Source of the DNA: Squalus acanthias
Lineage: Eukaryota
Reading direction: 5' to 3'
Length of the DNA: 64,000 nt
Assembly (NCBI GenBank): GCA_030390025.1
Contig: CM059432.1
Span: 37,822,001-37,886,000, forward strand
The translations under genes and the position numbers were made by a program. The notes below the pieces were generated by a model. The model was not told the DNA's origin, made no database searches, and saw only the letters and a program-made list of their open reading frames with translations. Below are positions 12,964 through 24,885 of the stretch, piece after piece (within the stretch, counting starts at the first letter, position 1; every line of letters starts with the position of its first letter).

Positions 12964-14564
12964 TTGAGACAGAACTAGAAACAGGAACAGGGGGAATAAA
13001 AAGGAACAAAATGAAAAGAAACAAGATTAGATATGAGAACTATATATTTTTTAAAGTTTTACTTTCCACTGCCAGAAGTCAAAGGCCATGAATAATATTC
13101 AGAGTGCTGGCGGGGAGAAGCATAGTAACTGTTGGCAATGGTGTCTCTCCTCCATGATTAATGCGCCACTGAGTCCTTTGCTTGTCATAAAGCGAAGGCT
13201 CATCCGTCGACATGGGCAATAAATTCCACATCCAAACCAATGTAAAACTTTCAATTAGTTTGAAATTTTGGCCTCTGAATCACACAGTGGTGAAAGAGTT
13301 GAACTCTGCAAATAAGTCCTGTAGTTATTTACTACTGCCATTATCTACTTCCCATCCTCTAGCCCGCTTTGAGTGGCCAGCCCTCTGAACAGTCAGTCGT
13401 TTTTAAAATGGGCCTGATGGACTCTGCTTAAGTGCCAATGAGAATCTATTCTGTAGGAATCTGGAATTACTTTTCAGGGCCGATTGGTCCAGGGTAAGTA
13501 AAAACAGAAAACGGCTGGTCTTTGATAGTTACTGATTATGGTTTTATGTAATTTTTCTGTTTGTGCACCCTCCGACTCCTCAGATCTGCTGCTGGTCTTC
13601 ACATTAAAACAATAGGACTTGAACCTGTGCAATGTGCACAATATATAATTTATGAGACACAATCATAGAATGGTTACAGCATGGAAGGCGGCCATTTGGC
13701 CTGTCGAGCCCATGCCGGCTCTCTGCAAGAGCGCCTCAACTAGTCCCATTCCCCCACCCTTTCCCCATAGCCCTGCAAATTTCTTTCCTTCAGATACTTA
13801 GCCATTTCGCTTTTGAAAGCAGTGATTGAATCTGCCTTCACCACCCTTTCAGGCAGTGCATTCTAGATCTTAACCACTCGCTGCATAACATTTTTTCTTA
13901 TGTCGCCTTTGGTTCTTTTGCCAATCACCTTAAATCTCTCGACCCTTCTGCCAATGGGAACAGTTTCTCTCTATCTACTCTGTCCAGACCCCTCATGATT
14001 TTGAACACCTCTATCAAATCTCCTCTCAATCTTCTCTGCTCCAGCTTTTCCAGTCTATGAACGTAACTGAAGTCCCTCATTCCTGGAATCATTCTCGTAA
14101 ATCTTTTCTGCACCCTCTCTAAGGCCTTCACATCCTTCCTAAAGTGTGGTGCCCAGAACTGGACACAGTACTCCAGTTGGGGCCGAACCAGTGTTTTATA
14201 CAGGTTCAGCATAATTTCCACACTTTTGTACTCTATACCTCTATTCATGAAGCCCAGGATCCCATAAGCCTTTTTAACTGCTTTCTCAACCTGCCCTGCC
14301 ACCTTCAACGATTTGTACACACACACCCCCAGGTCTCTCTGTTCGTGCACCCCCTTCAGGATTGTACCATTTAGTTTATATGTCCTCTTCACACTTCACA
14401 GCGTTAAATTTCATCTGCCACGTGTCCGCCCATTTCACCAGCCTGTTTATGTTTTCCTGAAGTCCATCACTCTCCTCCTCACTGTTCACTATACTTCCAA
14501 GTTTTGTGTCATCTGCAAATTTTGAAATTGTGCCCTGTACACCCACGCCCAAGTTATTAATATA

Positions 14565-14785
14565 CAGGAATCCCACCCCAATCGCGGTTTTGCCATACGC
14601 GGATTTCAAGTATACACGGTTTCCTCTCTGCGACAAATTTTGCCAACCGCGGCAGTGAATTTTGCGTATACGCGATTTTTAATTTTCAAGTTTCACGGGT
14701 CGCGCTTCCAAACACGAGACTCCATTCATCCGCGCCGCTCTTTTGAGCATATTTACTACCACGCGTGGTCTCGCTCCACTCGTGG

Positions 14786-14831
<46 letters not shown>

Positions 14832-16771
14832 CGTCGTCTCGTTGCTACCCATTTTGCCTTTAATTACAGTATTGTATTGTTCTGTTTAGCCCTTAATCAT
14901 GGCCCCTAAGCGTAATCTCAGTGGTAAAGGTGAATCAATAGCGAAAAGGGCAAGGAATGTACTAACCTTAGATAGGAAATTAGATGTCGTCAATAGACTT
15001 GCCCGTGGTGAAAGTACAGCGTCGGTTGGACGACTAATGGGGGTTAACGAGTCCACCATCAGAACCACAAAAAGTGAAGTGTCGATAAGGGCTAGTATTG
15101 CGGGTGGCTCTTTGAAAAAAGTGCTTCAGTGTCGTTTTTGCCATGGGACCATAAGCTTGAAAAAATGGAGAAGGCACTTAATATCTGGTTGGAAGACCAG
15201 AACCAGAAAAAAGTGAATGTTAATTCCGTATGGGTACGTAAGAAGGCCCTTAGTATCGACAAACATCTTACTGTGGCTGCCGGGGAAAGTGTAGATGACA
15301 AAATTTCAAGTGAGTAAGGGCTGGTTGGAAAATTTTAAGAGGTTCGCCTTGACTAACCTCAAGATTGTGGGGGAATCGGCCTCAGCCAATCACGAGGCCG
15401 CTGCCAAGTTCCCGGAGGAGCTGAAGAAGTTGATCGCCGAGAAGGGTTACCTGCCGGAGCAGCTATTTAATGCGGATGAGACTGGTCTCTTCTGGAAGCG
15501 GATGTCTTCCCGAACTTTCATCGCGAAGGCTGAGAAGCATGCTTCGGGATTAAAGGTGGCTAAGGATAGGGTGACCCTTCTCCTTTGTGCTGACGCTGAG
15601 GGGGACTGTTTAGTGAGGCCAATGCTGCTCTACCGCTCTCTGAATCCCCGCGCTCTGAAGGGCAAAAACAAAAACTATCTCCCTGTCTTTTGGCGTTCTA
15701 ACCGCAAGGCGTGGGTTACTGCTGCAGTCTTCATGGACTGGTTTCATAACTGTTTTGTGCATGACGTGGAGCGGTACCTTGCGAGACATAAACTGGCCTT
15801 CAAGGTCCTACTCATCCTCGACAATGCCCCCGGCCACCCGCCGGCACTCCAATTCGCCCATCCTAATATCGAAGTTGTCTTCCTGCCTCCCAACACGACT
15901 TCACTCCTTCAACCCATGGACCAAGGTGTGATAGCCACCTTCAAGGCATACTACATACGACACAGCTTTGACCGCATGATGGAGGCTATGGAGGATGACG
16001 CAACACTGACGGTGAAACTTGTTGGAAGGATTACACCATCGCTGACTGCATCACCAACATAAAAGAATCGATGGATGAACTGAAGAAGACGACACTCAAT
16101 GCCTGCTGGGCTAAACTTTGGAGGGAGGCAGTGAATGACTTCCGAGGCGCATTGTGAAGGTTGCGCGACATTTGGGAGGCGAGGGGCTGGCCGACATACA
16201 GCCTGATGATGTCGAGGAGCTCCTTGAGTCGCACGGCGAGGAGTTGACGGAGGAGGACCTTGATGAGCTGATACAGCATTCTAGTGAGGCAGAGGACGAG
16301 GATATGGTGGAGAAGTCAAAGATGACAAGTGCCAACCTTAGCAAGGCAATGCTCCTTGCTACTAATCTCTCGGACCTCTTTATGGAGGTTGACCCATTCT
16401 TGGAGCGTAGTTCAAAATTCAAGCGCGGTTTGGAGGGTTTAATGAGACCATACAAGCAGGTCCAGAAAGATATTCAGAAAAAAATGAGTCAACCATCCAT
16501 CGCAGAATTCTTTAAGAAACCGCCCAGTTGATGGCCCAGTTGCATCAACCAGCCACGATGTCGCTTCTCTGCATTCACCCCCTCGATTGATGATCTTTTT
16601 TATTGTGTTATTTAAAATAAAGCAACTTACTTAGGCTCTGACGAGTGTAAATGCGGCCGCGTTCCTCCTAACCCCATTTTTCCCATAAGGTCTTATATTT
16701 GCCAACCGCGGCTTTTACCAACCACGGGGGTTTTCAGGGACGTATCCCCTGCGGTTGGGGAGGGATTACTG
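14565..16771 (+). mobile_element. Tigger/pogo-family DNA transposon, full length
   Basis: TIRs: left caggaatcccaccccaatcgc, right (revcomp) cagtaatccctccccaaccgc. Inserted at a TA run (right flank reads ggta). (TG)n at ~14792-14829. Confidence 0.92.
14899..16531 (+). pseudogene. Frameshifted pogo/Tigger transposase (CENP-B-type HTH, Tc5 HTH, DDE_1 domain, DD32D)
   Basis: ORF pieces MAPKR..LTLDRKLDVV, MEKALNIW, SKGWLENFK, FNADETGLFW, LILDNAPGH and LQPMDQGVIATFK, with 32 residues between the last two Asp. Split over at least four reading-frame segments. Confidence 0.9.
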
Positions 16772-17869
16772 GGTATATCAAGAAAAGCAGTGGTCCTAGT
16801 ACCGACCCCTGGGGAACCCCACTGGTGTACCTTCCTCCAGTCCAAAAAACAACCGGTCACCACTACTCTCTGTTTCCCGTCACTTAGCCAATTCCGTATC
16901 CATGCTGCCACTGTCCCTTTTATTCCATGGGCTTCAACTTTGCTGATAGAAGAGGTATTAGAAAGGCTCGATTAGATTCCAGCTTGTAATTCGCTTCCGG
17001 GTATCTGTTATAGAAACAGAAAATGCTGGAAATCCTCAGCAGGTCAGGCAGCATCTGTGTCATCAGGAGAGCCGCAATTTCCACCTTCTTTAAAGGCCAG
17101 TCGTGATCTTGCGATGTTAAATGCAAAGTTTGAAATCTTACTAGGTTTTGAATTTAAAAAATGAACCAAGAGTTCTCCTCTTGGGTGCTAGCCTTGTGAG
17201 CATGCTCCAAACCCGCAGTGGTGTTTTTTTCGTTTCCTACCTCTTTTACTATGTGACTGGGTCAAACGTACACTTTGTTTTGTCACCCTTCCTAGCAAGT
17301 TCAAGATTTTCTATATTCCCGTTCAAAATAAAATTTAGAGCTTGTGTTAAGGAAAAGGAAACGTTGCTAAGTCTGGTTGGCTGGCTAATTCACCTCGGCG
17401 GCCTGCCCTCTGCTCATCCGGCCTCCCTCGGTGCCCACGGTCACCCAGAGCTCGCTCCACAATCGTTATTACAACGAGCAAAATGGGGGCTGTTTTTCTT
17501 TAACTCCAGACACCACGCTCTGCTGCTTTTCACTTTAACTTGCCTTCTTGCTAACAGATTATGCGGAGGCATTTTGATCAATCTTAGCCAAAGTTTAATG
17601 ATCACTTATTTCATTCTTCTTTGTAAACGTAGCAAGGCAGGGTTTGTTTAAGTAATAAAATTGATACCCGAAAACAATAATGTTCTCAAGCAGCAAGTGA
17701 TTAAAAATACCCCCAAGATAATACAAAGTCAATTAAAATTGCAAAATGAAAGTGGTTAATGCAAAAGGAGCAGGAGATTTCTGCATTTAGGAGATTGACA
17801 CGACCAATGCCTGCAATCTGTGGAGGAGGAGCAGTTTGTGCTTGGTTGCCTGATTTATATCGATTCTTA

Positions 17870-18400
17870 AGACCGAATTTTAACCCAGCCCATCTGGCAA
17901 GAATGGGGTGGGCGGGTACTGAAAATAGAGGGAAGAGGAGGATCGCGCCTTGTTCCTGACACATTCCTTCCCCACGCCAATTTTACTGCCAGGATTCCAG
18001 CACCGTGGAGGCCGCCCACCTTAGGCAGGCAGGGACCTAATTAAACTTGGAAAGTCGCAGCCTGATGAGGTCATCGGCGCCGCAATGTGATTTTAACTCT
18101 AGGGATTAGGAGGCCTGCACGGCGCTGAACCCACCAGCAAAATCTTGCAGCAATCAACATCGGGTCAGAAGAGCCCAAGGTAGGTATTTTTTTTAACTTC
18201 TGGCCCAACAAGGAAACCTTGGGCTTTACTGCTCCCTTCTCCGGCTATGAGAGACCACCTCCGCCACCCTCCATCTCACTTATCTTGCCTGGCAGCACCG
18301 GCCTCCTGCCTAACTTTGGGAGTCACACTAACATTTGACGGCCTGTATGTAATCGCTGTGACATCCCTGCTAATTTCAGGGGAACAATAAAAACAAAACC
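17870..18400. mobile_element. Degenerate MITE-like element related to family C
   Basis: Starts gaccgaattttaacccagccc. Shares gaagagcccaaggtaggt and ttttaact motifs with 1634-2508. Confidence 0.45.
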
Positions 18401-18610
18401 AATCCAAGCTCCATATTATGAACGTAATTTTTTGAGGAGAATTTCCATGCTCATCAAGCTGAGACAATGCAGGGAAAAATAAACTCCTTGGCATTGTCAG
18501 CACAGGAGACATTCAGGTCAGACATGCTGTGGTTAGATTACAGTAAACCCTCTACTTGGGGCCCCCATAAAATGCCCCAAATCCCAACTCAAAGCATCCT
18601 TATTCCACCA

Positions 18611-19072
18611 AAAGAAAAAAGACTTGCATTTATATAGCGCCTTTCACAACCACTGGACGTCCCAAAACGCTTTACAGCCAATGAAGTACTTTTTGAAGTG
18701 TAGTCACTTTTGTAAGGTAGGAAACACGGCAGCCAATTTGCGCACAGCAAGCTCCCACAAACAGTAATGCGATGATGACCAGATAATCTGTTTCAGTGAC
18801 ATTGATTGAGGGATAAATATTGGCCAGGACACCGGGGATAACGCCCCTGCTCTTCTTCAAAATAGTGCCATGGGATCTTTTACGTCCACCTGAGAGAGCA
18901 AACGGGGCCTCGGTTTAACGTCTCATCCGAAAGACAGCAACTCAGACAGTGCAGCACTCCCTCAGTACTGCACTGTCAGCCTAGATTTTTATGCTCAAGT
19001 CTCTGGAGTGGGACGTGAACCCACAACCGTCTGACTCAGAGGCAAGGGTGCTACCCACTGAGCCACATCCGA
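18611..19072 (-). mobile_element. Full-length DeuSINE (SacSINE1-like)
   Basis: Colinear and highly similar to 5686-6148. Confidence 0.85.
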
Positions 19073-19179
19073 TAATGTAAAGGACTGCCCTTAACTCCCA
19101 CATGGACTGTCCATTTCAGCAAAATCATGGGCGTTTTTAGGATTTTAGTCCACATCTACTAGAAATTGAGTGGCAATGA

Positions 19180-19265
19180 AACTGATTTTGCATCAACCTG
19201 GGCTAGATTCAAATTTAGGCCCCATAGGTGAAAAGGGAGCGTACAAGCTCATGGCCTATCCATTC
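19180..19265 (-). mobile_element. Old tRNA-derived SINE head remnant (LF-SINE-like)
   Basis: Minus strand ccttttcacctatggggcctaaatttgaatctagcccaggttg resembles the recalled LF-SINE head. A weaker remnant lies at ~33395-33465. Confidence 0.4.
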
Positions 19266-19445
19266 TCAATTTTTTTGTTAACATAATTCTCTTAAATCAC
19301 TTTGTTAAACAATCCTCCTTTCACACATGAATCCCTCTCAAGAGAGAAGACAGAATTCCTTCAAACAAGCCTCCAAAATGCCTGTCTTTATCCAGTCACT
19401 AAAGGTGCTTTTACTTTGGTGCTTTCACAATGAAGTAAGGGACTC

Positions 19446-19630
19446 GGGTAGAAATTCATCTTGGGCGCGATTACAAAACGGTCAGCATCACATCAGCGGC
19501 CTGTTACACACCCTGCCCGATATTCAGGTCCACTGACTTCAATGGAGCCGAATATCTGACGGAGTGGATAACAGGTGGCCGATGGGATACCGTCTGTTTC
19601 CCACTTCCGTCCAAGACGTACTTCTATCCC
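19446..19630. mobile_element. ~185-bp palindromic MITE
   Basis: Ends gggtagaaattcatcttgg / ccaagacgtacttctatccc. Arms are imperfectly complementary throughout (ctgtta/taacag, gatattc/gaatatc) around a central ccactgacttcaatgg. Confidence 0.65.
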
Positions 19631-20221
19631 TCTGTTTCAGGTGTGTAGCCTCCACGAGCTATTCTCCCAATTTTACACCCTGCATCGGGAACCAGTCTCT
19701 AGTGATGCTGGGCTTTCCGGTATAATACAGAGATCCCGAGAGCAAACAGGCAGGAGCAAATCCCCATGTTTACTGAAACAGGCAGCCTTAAACTGACAGG
19801 TTTGTACTCCTATATTTTCATGGGTGTCGTGTATGGAATGCAACCATAGTCCATACCATCACATTATGGACCAGATTGCTGCAAGGTTGGTATATGTGGC
19901 TGCCATGGGGTTAAGATCAATGTCTCCTATAGTGTAAAAGTGTCTTAAGTAGTGCATGATGTGACCTGATCAAGGTGAGTGCTGATTAGAAGTTGTTCAA
20001 TTCAATTTGCACTACAAATTCCTATTTTAGGAGCTTGGTTGTACACGATTTACAACACTATTTGCTTTTAACCTCAAGGAGCTATAAATCTCAGTCCATC
20101 TTCATTATTACTGACAGTTTACTATGTTTATCTGAGTATGTTCTACAAGACAAATGGTTTATCGTTGTGGTAGCTCAAGTGAATATTATTGTATTTCACA
20201 TCAACTTACAAACCCCGTTTG

Positions 20222-21150
20222 TAGAGGACACGGAGGATGGGGGATGGAGAAGACGAGAGGATGAGAGAGAAGAGGAGAGGATGCAGAGAGGGAAAAGGAG
20301 AGGATACGTGGGGGAAGGGGAAAGAGGAGAGGAGAGGATGGCGGCGAGGAGAGGCAAGGATATGGAGAGTGAAGAGGAGAGGATATGGGGGGGAGAGAAA
20401 GAGGATACGGGGGGGGTTGTGAGGATAGTGGGTAGAGGAGGAGGAGAGGATGGGGAGAGAGGAGAGGAGGATGGGGGGAGAAAGAGGAGAGGATACTGAG
20501 AGAGAAGAGGAGAGGATACAGAGAGGGAAGCGGCGAGGATATGGGGGAGGGGGGGGGGGGGGGACCAAAGAGGACAGGAGAGAGGAGAGGAGAAGAGAGG
20601 GAGAAGGAAGAGGAGAGGACACGAGGTGGGAGTGTGAGGATGGGGGAGAGAGGAGAGGATACGGAGAGGGAAGAGAGAATAAGGGGAAAGAGGAGAGGAT
20701 ACGGAGAGGGAAGAGGCGAGGATACGAAGAGGGAAGAGGCGAAGATACGAAGAGGTGAGAATATGGGGGGAGGGGTGGAGAAGAGGAGGGATATGGAGGG
20801 GAAGGATAGGAGGAGGGGATACTGGGCAGAAGAGGAGATTGGGGGGGGGGGGGGGGGGGGGGGAGAGAACAAAAGAGGAGAGGATACCGGGTGAGCGGGG
20901 TGCTGAAGAGAGGATACGGAAGGAGAACAAAGCGTAATGAGTATCCCTTGCCCCGTCCCGCTCTCCCTCGTCTCCCCTCCCACTCTCACATTCTCCCCAG
21001 TCTCCCTCTTCCCCATCACACTCCTCTCTCCCTCTTCCCTTTTCCTCCCTCTCACTTCCCCCAATTCCCACTCCCCTCTATATGCTCCTTTTCCTTGCTC
21101 TATGCTCTTTACCCTCACTCTTGCTTCTCTTCCTTCTACCTCCTCTACCT
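20222..21150. repeat. Degenerate purine-rich minisatellite (gaggagaggata-type units, G15 and G23 runs) followed by a pyrimidine-rich tract
   Basis: 20222-20935 is almost only G/A and 20945-21150 almost only C/T. G23 at 20841-20863. Confidence 0.9.
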
Positions 21151-21250
21151 CAGGGGAAGGAAAAAATGAAGGATAATTGGGTGGACAAAGAAGGAACACA
21201 ATCCAGGAAATGGTGCCCAATGGAGCGAGGGGTTTGGGGGAAAAAGAGAC

Positions 21251-23188
21251 TTTTTTTTATTCGTTTATGGGATGTGGGCATCGCTGGCAAGGCCAGCATT
21301 TATTGCCCATCCTTAATTGCCCTGGAGAAGATGGTGGTGAGCCGCCTTCTTGAATTGCTTCAGTCCTTCTGGTGAAGGTTCTCCCACAGTGCTGTTAGGG
21401 AGAGAGTTCCAGGATTTTGACCCAGCGACAATGAAGGAATGGCGGTATATTTCCAAGTCAGGATGGTGTGCAACTTGGAGGGAAACTTGCAGGTGATGGT
21501 GTTCCCATGTGCTGCTGCCCTTGTTCTTCTAGGTGGAAGAGGTCGCAGGTTTGGGAGTTGCTGCCGAAGAAGCCTTGGCGAGTTGCTGCAGTGCATCTTG
21601 TAGATGGTACACACTGCAGCCACGGTGCGCAAGTGGTGGAGGGTGTGAATGTTTAAGGTGGTGGATGGGGTGCCAATCAAGCGGGCTGCTTTGTCCTGGA
21701 TGGTGTTGAGCTTCTTGAGTGTTGTTGGAGCTGCACTCATCCAGGCAAGTGGAGGGTATTCCATCACACTCCTTACTTGTGCCTTGTAGATGGTGGAAAG
21801 GCTTTGGGGAGACACCCGCTGCAGAATACCCAGCCTCTGACCTGCTCTTGTTACCACAGTATTTATGTGGCTGGTCCAGTTAAGTTTCTGGTCAATGGTG
21901 ACCCCCAGGATGTTGATGGTGGGGGATTCGACAATGGTAATGCCATTGAATGTCAAGGGGAGATGGTTAGACTCTTGCTTGTTGGAGATGGTCATTGCCT
22001 GGCACTCGTGTGGCGCGAATGTTACTTGCTACTTATCAGCCCAAGCCTGAATGTCGTCCAGGTCTTTCTGCATGCAGGCACGGACTGCTTCATTATCTGA
22101 CAAATTGCGAATGGAACTGAACACTGTGCAATCATCAGCGAACATCCCCACTTCTGACCTTATGATAAAGGGAAGGTCATTGATGAAGCAGCTGAAGATG
22201 GTTGGGCCTAGGACACTGCCCTGAGGAACTCCTGCAGCAATGTCCTGGGGCTGAAACGATTGACCTCCAACAACTGCAACCATCTTCGTTTGTGCTTGTT
22301 ATGACTCCATCTTGTGGACAGTTTTCCCCGATTCCCGTTGACTTCAATTTTACTAGGGCTCATTGATGCCACACTCTGTCAAAAGCTGCCTTGATGTCAA
22401 GGGCTATCACTCTCACCTCAGGAATTCAGCTCTTATGTCCATGTTTGGACCAAGGCTGTAATGAGGTCTGGAGCCAAGTGGTCCTGGCGGAACCCAAACT
22501 GAGCATTGATGAGCAGGTTATTGGTGAGTAAGTGCTGCTTTATAGCACTGTCCACAACACCTTCCATCACTTTGCTGATGATTGAGTAGACTGATGTGGC
22601 AGTAATTGGACGGATTGGATTTGTCCTACTTCTTGTGGACAGGACGTACCTGGGCAGTTTTCCACATTGTCGGGTAGATGCCAGTATTGTAGCTGTACTG
22701 GAACAGCTTGGCTAGAGGTGCGGCTAGTTCTGGAGCACAAGTCTTCAGCACGACGGTCGGGATGTTCTCGGGGCCCATAGCCTTTGCTGTATTCAGTGCG
22801 CTCAGCCGTTTCTTGATATCACGTGGAGTGAATCGAATTGGCTGAAGACTGGCTTCTTTGATGGTAGGGACCTTAGGAGGAGGCCGACATGGATCATCCA
22901 CTCGGCACTTCTAGTTGAAGATAGTTGTAAATGCTTCAGCCTTGTCTTTTACACTTGCATGCTGGGCTCCGCCATCATGGAGGGTGAGGATATTCATGGA
23001 GCCTCCTCCTCCTGTTAGTTGTTTAATTGTCCACCACCATTCACGACTGGATGTGGCAGGACTGCAGAGCTTTGATCTGATCCGTTGATTGTGGAATCGC
23101 TTAGCTCTGTCTACAGCATGCTGCTTCCGTTGTTTAGAATGCATATAGTCCTGTGTTGCAGCTTCCCCAGGTTGGCATCTCATTTTTA
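21251..23188 (-). mobile_element. 5'-truncated copy of the second CR1-clade LINE family (tRNA-headed family)
   Basis: Fragmented RT ORFs (KTCAPELAAPL, GVPQGSVLGP, MFADDCT, MSAAPTTLKKL) and tail cccataaacgaataaaaaaaa. Confidence 0.9.
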
Positions 23189-23359
23189 AATTTTACTTGA
23201 TGGGGAAGTGGCGATCAGGGAGAAGGTGCTCAGTGAGTGGGACTGGAGAAATCATTGTTCTGTGGCAGAACATGTTCAGTTGTGGGGGGGGAAGGGCGAT
23301 TCTGTGAACTGATGGGGACCGTGGATTGTCCACACATCAGGTAGTGTGGATTATGTACA

Positions 23360-23650
23360 CTTTCCTTTAAGTATTTTTCCAATTCTCTTTTGAAAGTTAC
23401 CACTGAGTCTGCTTCACCACCCTTTCAGGGAGTGCATGCGAGATCATAATAGTCCGCTGTGTTAAAAGTTCTCTCATCTCCTCTCTGGATTTTCTGCCAA
23501 TTATCTTAAATGGTTACCGACCCTCTTGCCAGTGGAAATAGTTTCTCCCCATCTACTCTACCCTCGTAATTTTGAACACCTCTATTTTGACCACCTCTAT
23601 TAAATCTCCCCTTAATCTTCTTTGCTCTAAGGAGAACAATCCCAGGTTTA
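23360..23650 (-). mobile_element. Degenerate CR1 3' fragment
   Basis: Similar to 57555-57960 and 7836-8375. Confidence 0.65.
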
Positions 23651-24026
23651 TTTTCCACATTTATAATGGGAACGGTTTGAGACATTTACACCTTCCCTTC
23701 TCCCAGAGGAGGTGTTGCAGCATCACCACTGGCAGGAGGGTGTAATTACACTGTTACAAGTTTGCAGTTTCCAGTGCCTATGGACGAACAAATTTATCAC
23801 AGATAAAAAAGGTAATAGGATGTGCATACAGTTGTGAGATTTTTAAGATAATAGAGCAATGATGCCCCTGTCCAGCACTCTTATTTTAATTCCTGCAAAT
23901 GCAAACAGCACCATTGAGATCACAAGATTTGTCTGATATATATCTACAGTACAGTGAGCCTGCTCAGAGTGGCAATATATTATTGCAAGTCTTTGTGACA
24001 GAAGTGCATGTGCGATATAAAATATT

Positions 24027-24661
24027 GGCCCATATTGTCCGATCCCTATGGGTGTGTACGAGCTGTGTACACACCCGTAGGGACATCGGAAATGCCGGTT
24101 TCAGGCATGCGAAGTGCATGCGCTGAAAACCGGCATTTCCAATCTGTCAAGGCCTGTTTTTACCAGCATAAGAGTTAAAAAAAAGTTAAAAAAAATATTT
24201 TTTCCCCCACTCATTTATAGTTTAAAAATACTTTTAAAAAGGTAAGTTTATTTTTAGCCCCGTAAAAAACTTTAATTATTTTTTTCAAAAAATTAAATTT
24301 GTTTAAAATATTTAAAATTACATTCAATTAACTCATTTTAAAAACATGATGGTTTTTTAAAAATGTATTTAATGTTTTAGTGTCTTTTTGGGGTGATCTC
24401 CATTCATACTTTTGACAGGTCTATCTGTCAAAAGTGTGAAGGGAGATTCCCTTCTTTCATTGGCTGGCCTGGCCCACGTGACCCCAGGGACGCTTGCGAA
24501 CCGCCTGCTCCCCTGGGATACGTGGGCCCTGCGCATTTCGACTGTGGAGAGGCCCAGGATCGGAAGTGTCCGGACCTCGGGAGCCCTCAGGTAAGTCAGT
24601 AGATTTTTTTCTGATAGGAGGCATCCGCACGCAGGAAGCCTCTTATCGGAAATTACGGGCC
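24027..24661 (+). mobile_element. Hairpin MITE, family A (PIF/Harbinger-like ends)
   Basis: TIRs ggcccatattgtccgat / atcggaaattacgggcc, flanks ATT and AAT. Two subterminal hairpins and an AT-rich centre. Second copy at 55563-57546. Confidence 0.8.
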
Positions 24662-24820
24662 AATGTGATTTAAATATATGATGGGTAGTGTTTCAATTTT
24701 GTCTGTGAAAGAGAAAAGTTTTAAATCATCAGTGCTGTGCCAACTATAGTTCATCCTTTATATGCACATTAACTGATACCACGGTCTCAAATCTATTTAG
24801 GTAATGAAGTGTTTACTCAC

Positions 24821-24885
24821 CAGCAACTTGTAGGTACATTCAAAAGAGTCTCAAAGACAACCAATGACAAACACGCTGCCAAAAC
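24821..24885 (-). CDS. TMEM241: Internal coding exon of TMEM241 (SLC35D4, nucleotide-sugar transporter-like), probable penultimate coding exon
   Basis: Minus strand reads gttgtgtttttag|GTTTTGGCA...AGTTGCTG|gtgagt: canonical acceptor and donor, 65 nt, phase 0 to 2. Translation VLAACLSLVVFETLLNVPTSC(C/W) aligns ungapped with the recalled human TMEM241 segment IITAGLSILLFDAILTSATTGC. Neighbouring exons were not found in the window. Confidence 0.78.

Larger units (their letters stand above)
13660..16945 (-). mobile_element. CR1-clade LINE fragment split by the Tigger element (parts 13660-14564 and 16772-16945)
   Basis: RT remnants ISKFADDTKLG, LYKTLVRPQLEYCVQFWAP and WIRNWLSDGKQRVVV. The LINE sequence ...ttaatata|tatcaagaaaagcag... 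rejoins across the insertion. Confidence 0.85.

Noticed and set aside
13478..13493. 16-nt plus-strand micro-exon-like signal (ttttcag...gtaagt), and other isolated splice-like signals at ~5007, ~5297 and ~26595-26655
   Set aside because: No recognisable protein match or partner exons. Such signals are expected by chance.
14899..16531. Domesticated TIGD/CENP-B-like host gene
   Set aside because: Frameshifted, flanked by TIRs and inserted inside a LINE, so it is a transposon copy.
17561..17580. ATGCGGAGGC..TTTGAT shared with 41050-41068 (minus)
   Set aside because: A shared 10-mer is expected by chance in 64 kb, and the spacing differs.
20196..21220. Long Ser/Pro/Leu- or Gly/Glu/Arg-rich ORFs
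   Set aside because: Artefacts of the low-complexity purine/pyrimidine tract.
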